Notes: a model not told the origin generated them from the sequence alone. Shown: positions 27,463 through 36,970, numbered from the stretch's first letter. The stretch is 64,000 nt of DNA from an uncultured Alphaproteobacteria bacterium (GCA_944392595.1 CALXXD010000002.1:65027-129026), one strand, 5' to 3'. Numbers and translations: made by a program.

Positions 27463-27693
27463 TTAACGACGACGACCGTATCCACCATTGTATTGAGCAT
27501 TGTTGCTGGAACGTTTTGATAAATAGCGCGCTGCAATCAACACCAACCATTCAAATGATAATACGCCCATCCATCCCAGTTTTGCGTCCCAACCCGGAAC
27601 CCAGCCCAAAACATAAACGATTTGAGCGATAAATGAAACATACAACAACCCGAACATACCCGTAAAGAAAACTTTTTTTACTTTTCCGAACAT
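27463..27693 (-). CDS. Small membrane protein (2 predicted TM segments, basic GYGRRR tail)
   Basis: 76-aa ORF with hydrophobic segments FFTGMFGLLYVSFIAQIVYVL and WMGVLSFEWLVLIAA. It has its own terminator. Confidence 0.5.
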   Translation of the reverse strand: MFGKVKKVFFTGMFGLLYVSFIAQIVYVLGWVPGWDAKLGWMGVLSFEWLVLIAARYLSKRSSNNAQYNGGYGRRR

Positions 27694-27721
27694 AACTTAT
27701 TCCTTTCGTTATAAATATTGT

Positions 27722-28050
27722 ATCAATCCAGTTGCTGGGTTTCTGTTGCCGGGCACCCAGCAGCCCCGCAATAGGCTTAAACGGATATAACTAACAATTG
27801 CCAATTATACCCAAACGCCAATTAGGCAGCCATTGCAAGGCGAACGTTGTCGTTCGCAGCGATTCTATCGCCATTCAGTTTTTATTCGGCTTTTAACGAC
27901 GCCACGTCGGATTCAACCGATTTGCCTTTACTTCGCCTGTCGAAACTATGTCAGCCCCCATATTTTTATTGGTGGAGCTGTGGGGTACCGCCCCCCAGTC
28001 CAAAACGACTATTCCGCAACGGATTCAGAATCATCATCGCTTTCGCGACA
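27722..28050 (-). ncRNA. ssrA: tmRNA (ssrA), circularly permuted two-piece alphaproteobacterial type
   Basis: Read on the minus strand. The acceptor piece ends ...GGGGGGCGGTACCCCACAGCTCCACCA, with the 3' A at 27970. After a 10-nt spacer the coding piece starts GGGGCTGACATAGTTTCGACAGG at 27959. The tag ORF is GCG AAC GAC AAC GTT CGC CTT GCA ATG GCT GCC TAA (27857 to 27822), which translates to ANDNVRLAMAA*. The outer boundaries are approximate. Confidence 0.85.
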
Positions 28051-28093
28051 GCGTAAATTATAATATTTAATGGTGGCAATTGCAAGTTTTTAA

Positions 28094-29606
<1,513 letters not shown>

Positions 29607-29665
29607 TTTTCAGTTTTTTTCTGATAAAATTCCACAGGCTAATGAAGTAAAAAGGAGAACAAAAT

Positions 29666-30289
29666 ATGGCATCATTAAAAGGCACCCAGACTGAAAAAAA
29701 TCTGCTGATTGCGTTTGCCGGTGAATCACAGGCACGTAATCGCTATACATTCTTTGCGTCCAAGGCCAAAGACGAAGGTTTCCAGGCAATTGGTAAAATT
29801 TTCTTGGAAACGGCTGAACAGGAAAAAGAACACGCGTCCCGCTTGTTCAAATTTCTGGAAGGCGGCGATCTGGAAATCACTGCATCTTATCCTGCGGGCA
29901 AAATCGGCACAACATTGGAAAATTTGCAGGCGGCTGCATTTGGCGAACACGAAGAAAACACAAATATGTATCCGAAATTTGCACAAATCGCGGCCCAGGA
30001 AGGCTTTGATTCAATCGCAGAAATTCTGAAAAACATCGGTTATGCGGAACGTTATCACGAATCCCGCTATCGCGCGTTGATTGAAGCAATCGAAACCGGA
30101 ACATTGTTCAAACAGGATAAAATCGTTATGTGGCGTTGCACAAACTGCGGTATGTGGCACATTGGAACCGAGGCACCAAAAGTATGCCCGGCATGTCTGC
30201 ATCCACAGGGCTATTTCATCAGCGAAGGTACAATTTCCCGCTGTGACACGAACGAAGGTTTTTGTGAATATGCAAAAATCGACGATTAA
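29666..30289 (+). CDS. rbr: Rubrerythrin
   Basis: Has an N-terminal ferritin-like diiron domain (LKGTQTEKNLLIAFAGESQARNRY, EHEE) and a C-terminal rubredoxin-like domain (CTNCG...CPAC). There is also a ~20-aa Cys-containing tail. Confidence 0.92.
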   Translation: MASLKGTQTEKNLLIAFAGESQARNRYTFFASKAKDEGFQAIGKIFLETAEQEKEHASRLFKFLEGGDLEITASYPAGKIGTTLENLQAAAFGEHEENTNMYPKFAQIAAQEGFDSIAEILKNIGYAERYHESRYRALIEAIETGTLFKQDKIVMWRCTNCGMWHIGTEAPKVCPACLHPQGYFISEGTISRCDTNEGFCEYAKIDD

Positions 30290-30294
30290 AAAAT

Positions 30295-30315
30295 CCCGCC
30301 GATTGGCGGGTTTTT
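30295..30315 (+). terminator. Rubrerythrin terminator
   Basis: CCCGCC-GATT-GGCGGG followed by T5. Confidence 0.8.
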
Positions 30316-30598
30316 AGTTACTCGTAACTCGTGATAAACTACCCCGGCCCAACCACCCACGAAAATCGCATTTTCGTGGGCCCCGGTATCGTGCCACCCC
30401 TCCGTTGGAGGGGTGGCGGCTTGCCGCCGGGGTGGTTAGAGACTGCGGGCTTGGGCACTTAGTCCCCTTTGTCATCGCGAGGAAGTGAAACGACCGTGGC
30501 GATCCAGTGAATAAAAAAGCACTGCGGGCGAATGCCCGCAGACATATTGCACTGGATTGCCGCAGTCGTACGCCAACGTGTTAATTACAAGTAACTAA
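30316..30598. repeat. GC-rich multi-hairpin intergenic element, copy B (MITE-like, imperfect terminal inverted repeats)
   Basis: The ends are AGTTACTCGTAA (30316-30327) and TTACAAGTAACT (30586-30597), matching 11/12 as inverted repeats. Internal hairpins are CCCACGAAAAT/ATTTTCGTGGG, CCCCTCC/GGAGGGG, GGCGGC/GCCGCC, CTGCGGGC/GCCCGCAG and CCAGTG...CACTGG. The left 130 bp is collinear with copy A in reverse orientation. Confidence 0.7.
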
Positions 30599-30602
30599 AA
30601 AA

Positions 30603-31028
30603 TCACACCAGTCCGGTTTCCATTTCGTCGCCGACATAAAATTTATATGATTTCGGAACAAATTCCAACAAAGTCAAATTCGCGTCGTCTGCACCGCTGT
30701 AACCAAAATCACGGAAACTGTCGCGCCAATATTTTTCCTTTTCTGCCAACTCGTCAATCACGCGCATTTCGCCAAATAAACGCACAGCATACCGCGTATT
30801 GGCATTAAAATAATACAAACAGCATTTCGCGTTACGCCGCAGTTGCGCCATTTTTGGGCTGTCGCCATTTGTTATAAAATGCAGTTTCAAATCCGTCACA
30901 TCCGCATTCAGCGCATTCATAACTGTTCGTGCCTCAGGGAATTCGTCCAACCGATTGGTGGCCAAAATCACATCGTCACACGATTTGACTATATCAACGA
31001 TGGATTGAATTTCATTAGTTTCCTGCAT
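30603..31028 (-). CDS. Pyridoxamine 5'-phosphate oxidase-family (FMN-binding split-barrel) protein
   Basis: MQETNEIQSIVDIVKSCDDVILATNRLDEFPEARTVMNAL...CLYYFNANTRYAVRLFGEM is the typical general-stress-protein-26/PNPOx-like pattern. Confidence 0.6.
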   Translation of the reverse strand: MQETNEIQSIVDIVKSCDDVILATNRLDEFPEARTVMNALNADVTDLKLHFITNGDSPKMAQLRRNAKCCLYYFNANTRYAVRLFGEMRVIDELAEKEKYWRDSFRDFGYSGADDANLTLLEFVPKSYKFYVGDEMETGLV

Positions 31029-31476
31029 TTTTGCCCTCCATTTCATCCAGTATATCGTCCAACATACGCAACGCGCTGTCTTGGCACGCACGCCCACGCC
31101 AAGTCATAATTTCTTCGCCTGTTTTTTGATCGGCGATTGACACATTAAAATTCCACCACCAAAATCCATTAAACGGACACCAGAACGGGTTAAACTTTTC
31201 CCTGCGTTCAGACACCTTTACCCTGTAACGAGTATTTTCCGGGATAATGGCAGAATCCAATTCTATATCACCATCAACCTCGTGCGTTTTTGCGTTTGTG
31301 CCAACAACAACATTGTAACCACGCGCGCGCATCTTGTCTTTGATGCTTCGTTTCATGCCGTAACCGCCACGATCGGCGTAAAACACCTGGGACACATCCA
31401 AAGAATCCGGCTTGACATAAACGCTGTTACAGGCGGTCAAAGACAAAATCATAAACAAAGCAAATAATCGTTTCAT
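31015..31476 (-). CDS. Hypothetical lipoprotein
   Basis: MKRLFALFMILSLTAC contains a lipobox. ATG 31476 is preferred over the upstream GTG at 31485. Confidence 0.55.
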   Translation of the reverse strand: MKRLFALFMILSLTACNSVYVKPDSLDVSQVFYADRGGYGMKRSIKDKMRARGYNVVVGTNAKTHEVDGDIELDSAIIPENTRYRVKVSERREKFNPFWCPFNGFWWWNFNVSIADQKTGEEIMTWRGRACQDSALRMLDDILDEMEGKNAGN

Positions 31477-31531
31477 ATCAAACACCTTTTGCCACAGTTT
31501 ATACGAAACAACACAAAAAATACAAGCCTAA

Positions 31532-31603
31532 ATAAATTAAACCGCCATGCGGCGGTTGAATTTCTGGCGCACCCGGCGGTTGAATTTCTGGCGCACCCGG
31601 CGG
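31532..31603 (-). repeat. Repeat block: terminator hairpin plus two tandem 24-nt copies that contain the last 15 nt of tRNA-Arg
   Basis: TTGAATTTCTGGCGCACCCGGCGG occurs twice in tandem (31556-31579 and 31580-31603). The 47 nt at 31532-31578 recur at 31725-31771. Confidence 0.85.
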
Positions 31604-31719
31604 ATTCCCTCGCACGATATTGTCATATCGGCTGCGGGGCAACCGTTACGTTTCGAACTGCGCGTTGCTTGTTCTCAACTACTTGTTGTCGAACGCTGCG
31701 CGTCCAAATCGCGGGGTGC
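31589..31719 (-). other. 131-nt segment bounded by tRNA-Arg-like acceptor ends (tRNA-like remnant)
   Basis: The minus strand reads GCACCCCGCG...CCGGGTGCGCCA. Only the acceptor halves resemble tRNA-Arg. The interior has hairpins (for example CGATAT-GACA-ATATCG) but no D, anticodon or T arms. Confidence 0.3.
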
Positions 31720-31757
31720 AATACATAAATTAAACCGCCATGCGGCGGTTGAATTTC

Positions 31758-31834
31758 TGGCGCACCCGGCGCGATTCGAACGCGCAATCCCCGCCTTCGG
31801 AGGGCGATGCTCTATCCAGTTAAGCCACGGGTGC
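31758..31834 (-). tRNA. tRNA-Arg (anticodon CCG), CCA encoded
   Basis: The minus strand reads GCACCCG-TG-GCTTAACTGGATAGAGC-A-TCGCC-CTCCGAA-GGCGG-GGATT-GCGCG-TTCGAAT-CGCGC-CGGGTGC-G-CCA. It is followed by the hairpin AACCGCC-GCAT-GGCGGTT (31733-31750). Confidence 0.93.
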
Positions 31835-31876
31835 AATGTACGAGAGTATTATAATTATTTACATTAAAATTGCAAT

Positions 31877-32960
31877 CTATTTCCGCGTCTGGTCACGTTG
31901 CAGGCACGCAATCATAAAATCATCCAAATCGCCGTCTAAAACCGCATCAGAATCTGTTTTTTCAACACCTGTACGTACGTCTTTTACCAACTGATACGGG
32001 TACAGAACATAATTTCTTATCTGACTGCCCCATTCGATTTTCTTTTGTTGCGCCAGTGCGGCGTTTTCAATCTCGGCCCGTTTTTGCCGTTCCAGTTCAT
32101 ACAAACGACTGCGCAGCATTTTCATTGCCATTTCTTTATTTTGAATCTGGCTGCGTTCATTTTGGCATGTCACAACAACGCCCGTCGGGATGTGTGTTAT
32201 TCGCACGGCGCTGTCTGTTTTATTAACATGTTGCCCGCCCGCGCCCGATGAACGATATGTATCAATGCGTAAATCTTTGTCGTTAATTTCGATTTCGATT
32301 GAATCATCTATATCCGGCCACACATCCACAGACGCAAAACTGGTCTGACGCTTGCCATTCGCATTAAAAGGCGAAATTCGCACCAAACGATGCACGCCGA
32401 TTTCGTTTTTCAGCCACCCAAACGCGCGTTCGCCCGATATACGATATGTGATATTTTTTATCCCAGCGGTATCGCCGGCGTGCTCTTCCACCACTTCGCA
32501 CGTAAATCCGTGGCGTTCAGCCCATCGCGCATACATACGCGCCAACATCTGGGCCCAATCTTGGGCTTCCGTTCCGCCGGCACCGGCCTGGATGAATAAA
32601 AACGCACCATTGTTATCCGCAGGATCTGAAAACAACGTGATAAATTTTGCGCGATGCGCCGTATCGGCCAGTTTCTGAATGGCGGCCCCAACATCGGCGT
32701 CATCTGGGGCGATTTCATACAATTCAGACAAGTTTTTATATTCAGATTCCATTTCGCGCAAATTGTTCAACGACTTTTCCAAATTGGATTTTTTCTGTAA
32801 TAACGCGCGCGCATTGTCTGGGTTGTCCCATAAATCAGGATTGTTTGACTGTTCAGTTAATTCCGCGACTTGCTGTTCCAAATTATCGGGGTCAAAGAAA
32901 CCCCCTGACGGCGGAAATGTCGTCATGAATTTGTGATAAAACTTCGTTCAGCATAATCAT
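31877..32960 (-). CDS. prfB: Peptide chain release factor 2, with programmed +1 ribosomal frameshift
   Basis: Frame 0 reads ATG(32960) ...AGG GGG TTT CTT TGA C, with the TGA at 32894-32892. A +1 shift joins it to the 349-aa ORF (DPDNLEQQV...), which carries the SPF and GGQ motifs. Confidence 0.95.
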
Positions 32961-33081
32961 ATCGCGTACATAATACCAATTTGATTGACTAAATCAATAA
33001 AATTGTATTCTGGGCCAAAATCAGTGATTGCGTTTTTTTCCGTAATATGATAAAATTTGTGAAACGAGAGGGGATTTTATC

Positions 33082-34332
33082 ATGAAACATTCTTTGTTCG
33101 TATTCGGATTAATGGCGATATTCTGTGCCACGCCGGCTTTGGCGGTCAATGCGGGAACGGTTGCATCAAATGGTATGGCGCGCGGAACGGCGGCGTACAA
33201 CACAACAACCGGCACAACAAACACGGTCAATCGTGGATATGCAGGATTGGCAAACGCATACGTCACGAACCAGCGTAACACGTATTATATGGTAACCCAG
33301 CCTGATGTTGATACCGCGTGCCGTAACAAGATTTTTGAATGTTTGTCTGAATATTGCGGCGATGTAACGGTCGTACCGGGTCAGCGTTCCGGCCGTTGTC
33401 AATATGCCACCGAAAGCGAACTGTATAATTACGCGTTGCTGTGCTTGCAGCGTGACACATCCCCGTTGTTACCGCAATATACATCCGGATTGATCGCCAG
33501 TGCAGGGGGAATGAATACCGCGGCGCGTCTGTGTCCATCGTATGTCCAGCAAGAAGTTATGTCGTACCTGTCTATGTCGAATATGGCGGACGAATTGTCA
33601 AAATCCCACAGTGATTTATGTCTGCAACGCCGGCAAGAGTTAGAGGCTGCAATGGCATGCCATTCTGTCGCGTTGGCATACGGCAACGAAACAACCAGTA
33701 TGCTGACCACACAATTAACCGACGCATGTGGCGCGGGCGTTCCCGGCGGGTCGGCAGAAATGGTGACTCGTTTCGCAAATGCGGGTAATGTTGGTGCGAA
33801 CGTTTGGGGATGGGCAGAAAAGATTTTGAATCTGGATATGAATAACAAGGGCGAAGATTGGCAAATGGCGGTCGATTCCGTTTTGGCCAGTTACGCCAAT
33901 CGTATGAATTTGGCGTGTGGCGACGATTTGCAAATAAATACTGCATCTTATTCTACATCGGATTCGTCCCAGCCAACAACACTGCAAACTGTTGCGGCAT
34001 TGGCGACGGGTGTTGCGTTCCCATCGACTGCGCCGAATGTTGAAAATCCATATCAAAATCAAAGTTTGTATATGGAACAAACAACAATGTCCGAAATGTA
34101 CGATTACAACACCGCTTACCAGGTTGTCCAGGCCGCAATGAGTAATCCTGTCACGACCCAGAACGCATTTTTATCAACTGCGCAATTAAGTGATATGCAA
34201 ACTGCATACACCCGCGGAACCAAGGTGTTCATTATGCGCGACAGTGCGCGTTGCTATATAATTCCGGTTGCAACATTAACAACCCAGGAATCAAACTTGA
34301 TTGCGCAAATGTTTGCATCGTGTGTGAATTAA
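33082..34332 (+). CDS. Secreted hypothetical protein (416 aa)
   Basis: Signal peptide MKHSLFVFGLMAIFCATPALA. Paired cysteines, T/N/Q-rich. I recognise no family. Confidence 0.6.
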   Translation: MKHSLFVFGLMAIFCATPALAVNAGTVASNGMARGTAAYNTTTGTTNTVNRGYAGLANAYVTNQRNTYYMVTQPDVDTACRNKIFECLSEYCGDVTVVPGQRSGRCQYATESELYNYALLCLQRDTSPLLPQYTSGLIASAGGMNTAARLCPSYVQQEVMSYLSMSNMADELSKSHSDLCLQRRQELEAAMACHSVALAYGNETTSMLTTQLTDACGAGVPGGSAEMVTRFANAGNVGANVWGWAEKILNLDMNNKGEDWQMAVDSVLASYANRMNLACGDDLQINTASYSTSDSSQPTTLQTVAALATGVAFPSTAPNVENPYQNQSLYMEQTTMSEMYDYNTAYQVVQAAMSNPVTTQNAFLSTAQLSDMQTAYTRGTKVFIMRDSARCYIIPVATLTTQESNLIAQMFASCVN

Positions 34333-34341
34333 AAAAATAAT

Positions 34342-34364
34342 ACCGCCCGTTTGGGCGGTTTTTA
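34342..34364 (+). terminator. Terminator
   Basis: ACCGCCC-GTTT-GGGCGGT followed by TTTT. Confidence 0.8.
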
Positions 34365-34414
34365 TTCCGCATAAAACTTGAACGCGGTGTTATTTTTTGA
34401 TATAATTATCCATA

Positions 34415-35578
34415 ATGAAACTTTCACGACGTGCGGTTTTACAGGCATCTGGTTTGACGGCGGTAATTGTTGCGTTACTGCCGCGGGTGGCTTTTGCTGC
34501 ACGCAACGCGTTGCGCAATGTTCGTACAGGTGTCCAGCCTGGCAATAAAACACGCCTGGTAATTGAAACATCGGAACGGCCGTCGTATTCTTTGTCGTAT
34601 GCGCCGAATCAATTAACCGTTACTTTGTCAAACACCGCCGCCAACGCATCGTTGGCACCGGCAATGGCATCGGGCACACTGGTCACCGCAATAACCCAAG
34701 TTCAATCCGGCGACAAATTACAAATTATTGCAAATTTATCAAAACCTATCGACGCGATTCCGCGCGATAATATTTTGTTGCTGAACCCAAATGGCGATAA
34801 CGATTATCGTTTGGTGCTGGATTTTACGGCTGGTTCGGGTGCGGGGACGGCCACGGCAGCAACTGCAACCGCCGCCAAAACCGCCAAAGCAACGCCTGCG
34901 CGTAAATATGTTATTGTGATTGATGCCGGCCATGGCGGTAAAGACCCCGGCTGTATTGGTCGTGGCGGAACCCAGGAAAAAACCGTTGTATTATCGGTTG
35001 CAAAAAAATTAAAAACCAAACTGGATGCAGCGGGATTTCAAACTTATTTAACCCGCAGCAATGACACCTACCTGAAATTGGCACATCGTGCATCTATTGG
35101 CGAACAAAAACACGCTGATTTATTTTTGTCATTGCACGCAAACGCAAACCCCAGCCGCGCGATGAAGGGATTTTCGATTTATACATTGTCTGAAAAGGCT
35201 TCGGACGAAGAGGCGGCAAAACTGGCCGATGCAGAAAACGCCGCGGACAAAATCGACGTAAGTGGATTTGAACAATTCGATAAAGATATTCGTATTGCAC
35301 TGTCGTCATTGCAACAACATGCGGTGGCTGAAATGTCGGTTGAATACGCCAATGGTGCGGCATCCGCGTTCAAGCGCGCAAACATCAGACAACAGCCCGG
35401 TCCCGATGTTCGCCACGCACCATTCGCAGTATTGCGTTCGACTGTGCCTGGGGCATTGTTGGAATTGGGACATTTATCGAACGCAGACGAAGAAAAACTG
35501 CTGAAATCCGCTGCGCATCAGGATAAATTGGTGGATGCGATTGTAAAATCCATCCGCACATATAATTTTGATGTTTAA
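34415..35578 (+). CDS. amiC: N-acetylmuramoyl-L-alanine amidase (Tat signal, AMIN domain, Amidase_3)
   Basis: Twin-arginine signal MKLSRRAVLQASG...AFA. AMIN-like RLVIETSERPSYSL. Catalytic region VIVIDAGHGGKDPGCIG...SLHANA. Confidence 0.9.
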   Translation: MKLSRRAVLQASGLTAVIVALLPRVAFAARNALRNVRTGVQPGNKTRLVIETSERPSYSLSYAPNQLTVTLSNTAANASLAPAMASGTLVTAITQVQSGDKLQIIANLSKPIDAIPRDNILLLNPNGDNDYRLVLDFTAGSGAGTATAATATAAKTAKATPARKYVIVIDAGHGGKDPGCIGRGGTQEKTVVLSVAKKLKTKLDAAGFQTYLTRSNDTYLKLAHRASIGEQKHADLFLSLHANANPSRAMKGFSIYTLSEKASDEEAAKLADAENAADKIDVSGFEQFDKDIRIALSSLQQHAVAEMSVEYANGAASAFKRANIRQQPGPDVRHAPFAVLRSTVPGALLELGHLSNADEEKLLKSAAHQDKLVDAIVKSIRTYNFDV

Positions 35579-35581
35579 TAC

Positions 35582-35609
35582 TTGCAAATAAAAACGAAAT
35601 CTGTATAAT
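35582..35609 (+). promoter_or_regulatory. Sigma70-like promoter of tRNA-Ser(CGA)
   Basis: TTGCAA (35582-35587), a 16-nt spacer, then TATAAT (35604-35609), 12 nt upstream of the tRNA. Confidence 0.5.
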
Positions 35610-35620
35610 CACACATCGTC

Positions 35621-35710
35621 GGAGACGTGGCAGAGTGGTTGAATGCGCGCGACTCGAAATCGCGTATACGGGCAACCGTATCAAGGGTTCAAATCCCTTC
35701 GTCTCCGCCA
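35621..35710 (+). tRNA. tRNA-Ser (anticodon CGA), CCA encoded
   Basis: GGAGACG...anticodon arm CGCGA-CTCGAAA-TCGCG, a long variable arm, T-arm AGGGT-TCAAATC-CCTT, and acceptor CGTCTCC-G-CCA. Confidence 0.93.
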
Positions 35711-35716
35711 GGAACT

Positions 35717-35738
35717 ATACCGCATCGCGGTATTTTTT
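35717..35738 (+). terminator. Terminator after tRNA-Ser(CGA)
   Basis: ATACCGC-ATC-GCGGTAT followed by T6. A second hairpin plus T-run lies at 35782-35807. Confidence 0.7.
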
Positions 35739-35802
35739 ATTGAATTATCAGCCGTTTTATGATATAATTGCACGTAACAATCGGACGCCAACGCGTCCGT
35801 AT

Positions 35803-35843
35803 TTTTTATCCCGCCCGCGGGATTTTTTTTATTTAGCAAAAGG
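35803..35843 (+). repeat. 40-bp direct repeat, copy 1 (hairpin ATCCCGC-CC-GCGGGAT, T-run, ATTTAGCAAAAGG)
   Basis: TTTTTATCCCGCCCGCGGGATTTTTTT(T)ATTTAGCAAAAGG. It is identical to 36370-36409 except for T-run length. Confidence 0.9.
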
Positions 35844-35995
35844 AAACGAATACCTACGGTCGTGATGGTTTTACTATTCATGGTGGTTTATTCCCAGGTT
35901 CCGCGGGCTGTATAGATTTAACAGGACAAATCAGTATGTTTATATCATGGTTGGAAAGCACTGGAAAAGACCTGGTCGTTTATGTAGAATATTAA
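35837..35995 (+). pseudogene. 5'-truncated remnant of an L,D-transpeptidase-fold (YkuD/Tlde1-like) gene
   Basis: The frame is open only from the TAG at 35834-35836 and reads QKETNTYGRDGFTIHGGLFPGSAGCIDLTGQISMFISWLESTGKDLVVYVEY*. It contains an H-G-G...S-x-G-C-I catalytic-type motif. There is no start codon upstream of the motif, and the frame begins inside repeat copy 1. Confidence 0.5.
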
Positions 35996-36002
35996 TACAT
36001 CA

Positions 36003-36350
36003 ATGGTATCAAAAACAATGGATAAAGACAATCAGACTGTTTTATATACGAAAAGCGTACTGTATTTAGCGATAGTATTGTTTTTTATAAACGATACACG
36101 AAACTTACTGCTAAATCACAAGTGGAATGGTATGTTGTCCTGGATAACATTCGATACAAAGTACTTAATTACATTAGATCTTGTGTTATCATTTATCTTT
36201 TTACTGATGTTTGTATTGACCATATTTCCAACTGTCAAAATATACAAATGGAAAACATTATGGATTTTTCTGTTATCCGTTCCAGCAATGTTCATAATGT
36301 TTTTGGTGTATATATACTTTTTATTCCCACTATTACACCTGATATTTTAA
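36003..36350 (+). CDS. Small multi-TM membrane protein (candidate cognate immunity protein)
   Basis: 115 aa and visibly AT-rich, with 3-4 hydrophobic segments (VLYLAIVLFFI, LDLVLSFIFLLMFVLTIF, LWIFLLSVPAMFIMFLVYIYFLF). The ATG lies 8 nt after the stop codon of the remnant. Confidence 0.5.
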   Translation: MVSKTMDKDNQTVLYTKSVLYLAIVLFFINDTRNLLLNHKWNGMLSWITFDTKYLITLDLVLSFIFLLMFVLTIFPTVKIYKWKTLWIFLLSVPAMFIMFLVYIYFLFPLLHLIF

Positions 36351-36369
36351 TTCATATTAAATAGATACA

Positions 36370-36409
36370 TTTTTATCCCGCCCGCGGGATTTTTTTATTT
36401 AGCAAAAGG
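36370..36409 (+). repeat. 40-bp direct repeat, copy 2 (immediately upstream of the GH108 gene)
   Basis: See copy 1. Here it is followed by TGAAACACC-ATG (36419). Confidence 0.9.
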
Positions 36410-36418
36410 TGAAACACC

Positions 36419-36970
36419 ATGTACAACAAAAATTATAAAATAAACGACACAAACTTTGATATGGCTTACGAAAAACTTGCTGAACGCGAAGGCGGCTATA
36501 CCGAAGGCACAGACCAAATTGATGACGAGCCAACCAATATGGGAATTACCCAAACCACACTGACCAATTATTCTGCAAAACACCCAGAATCAAACATGCC
36601 GTCTGATGTAAAACATTTAACGCCAAATCAAGCGCGCGAAATATATAAATCAGAATACTGGGATAACACCAATATACCGCAAATAAATAACCCACGCATA
36701 CGGAACGCAGTATTTGACATGAGTGTCATGAGTGGCCCAACAATTCCAACAAAAACAATCCAGCAAACATTAAACGAACAAATGAATGCCAATTTACCTG
36801 AAACAGGATACCTGGGCAAGCAAACTATAACCGCATTAAATGCGATTCCTGACAATAAAGTAAATGATTTTATGAAATCACTGATAGGGAACAGAATAGA
36901 ATCATTGCAAACTATGTCCAATTGGTCAACAGCCCAAGGCGGCTGGACACGACGAACAAAATCATATTAA
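36419..36970 (+). CDS. Glycoside hydrolase family 108 N-acetylmuramidase with a C-terminal PG_binding_3-like domain
   Basis: LAEREGGYTEGTDQIDDEPTNMGITQ matches the EGGY...D.GG.T..GI signature of GH108. The C-terminal part reads ...LGKQTITALNAIP...GNRIESLQ.... Confidence 0.7.
   Translation: MYNKNYKINDTNFDMAYEKLAEREGGYTEGTDQIDDEPTNMGITQTTLTNYSAKHPESNMPSDVKHLTPNQAREIYKSEYWDNTNIPQINNPRIRNAVFDMSVMSGPTIPTKTIQQTLNEQMNANLPETGYLGKQTITALNAIPDNKVNDFMKSLIGNRIESLQTMSNWSTAQGGWTRRTKSY

Noticed and set aside
27833-28063. Two overlapping plus-strand ORFs (76 and 69 aa)
   Set aside because: The region is explained by the tmRNA gene on the minus strand, with its canonical 5' end, tag ORF and CCA end.
31556-31603. 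Tandem 24-nt repeat considered as a possible mini-CRISPR or iteron array
   Set aside because: There are only two units, no spacers, and the unit is simply the tRNA-Arg 3' end plus flanking sequence. No cas genes are in the window.
31589-31719. 131-nt acceptor-bounded segment considered as a functional tRNA or an intron-containing tRNA-Arg
   Set aside because: I can draw no D-arm, anticodon arm or T-arm. The T-region reads GCGAGGGAATCCGCC and does not pair. The insert is too short and lacks the features of a group I intron. It is kept only as a 'remnant' feature at low confidence.
31547-31867. 106-aa ORF across the tRNA-Arg locus, and a 138-aa ORF (62897-63313) across the tRNA-Gly locus
   Set aside because: They read through tRNA genes and their repeated 3' ends. 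The repeats create the apparent repetitive peptide (RRLNFWRTRRLNFWRTRR).
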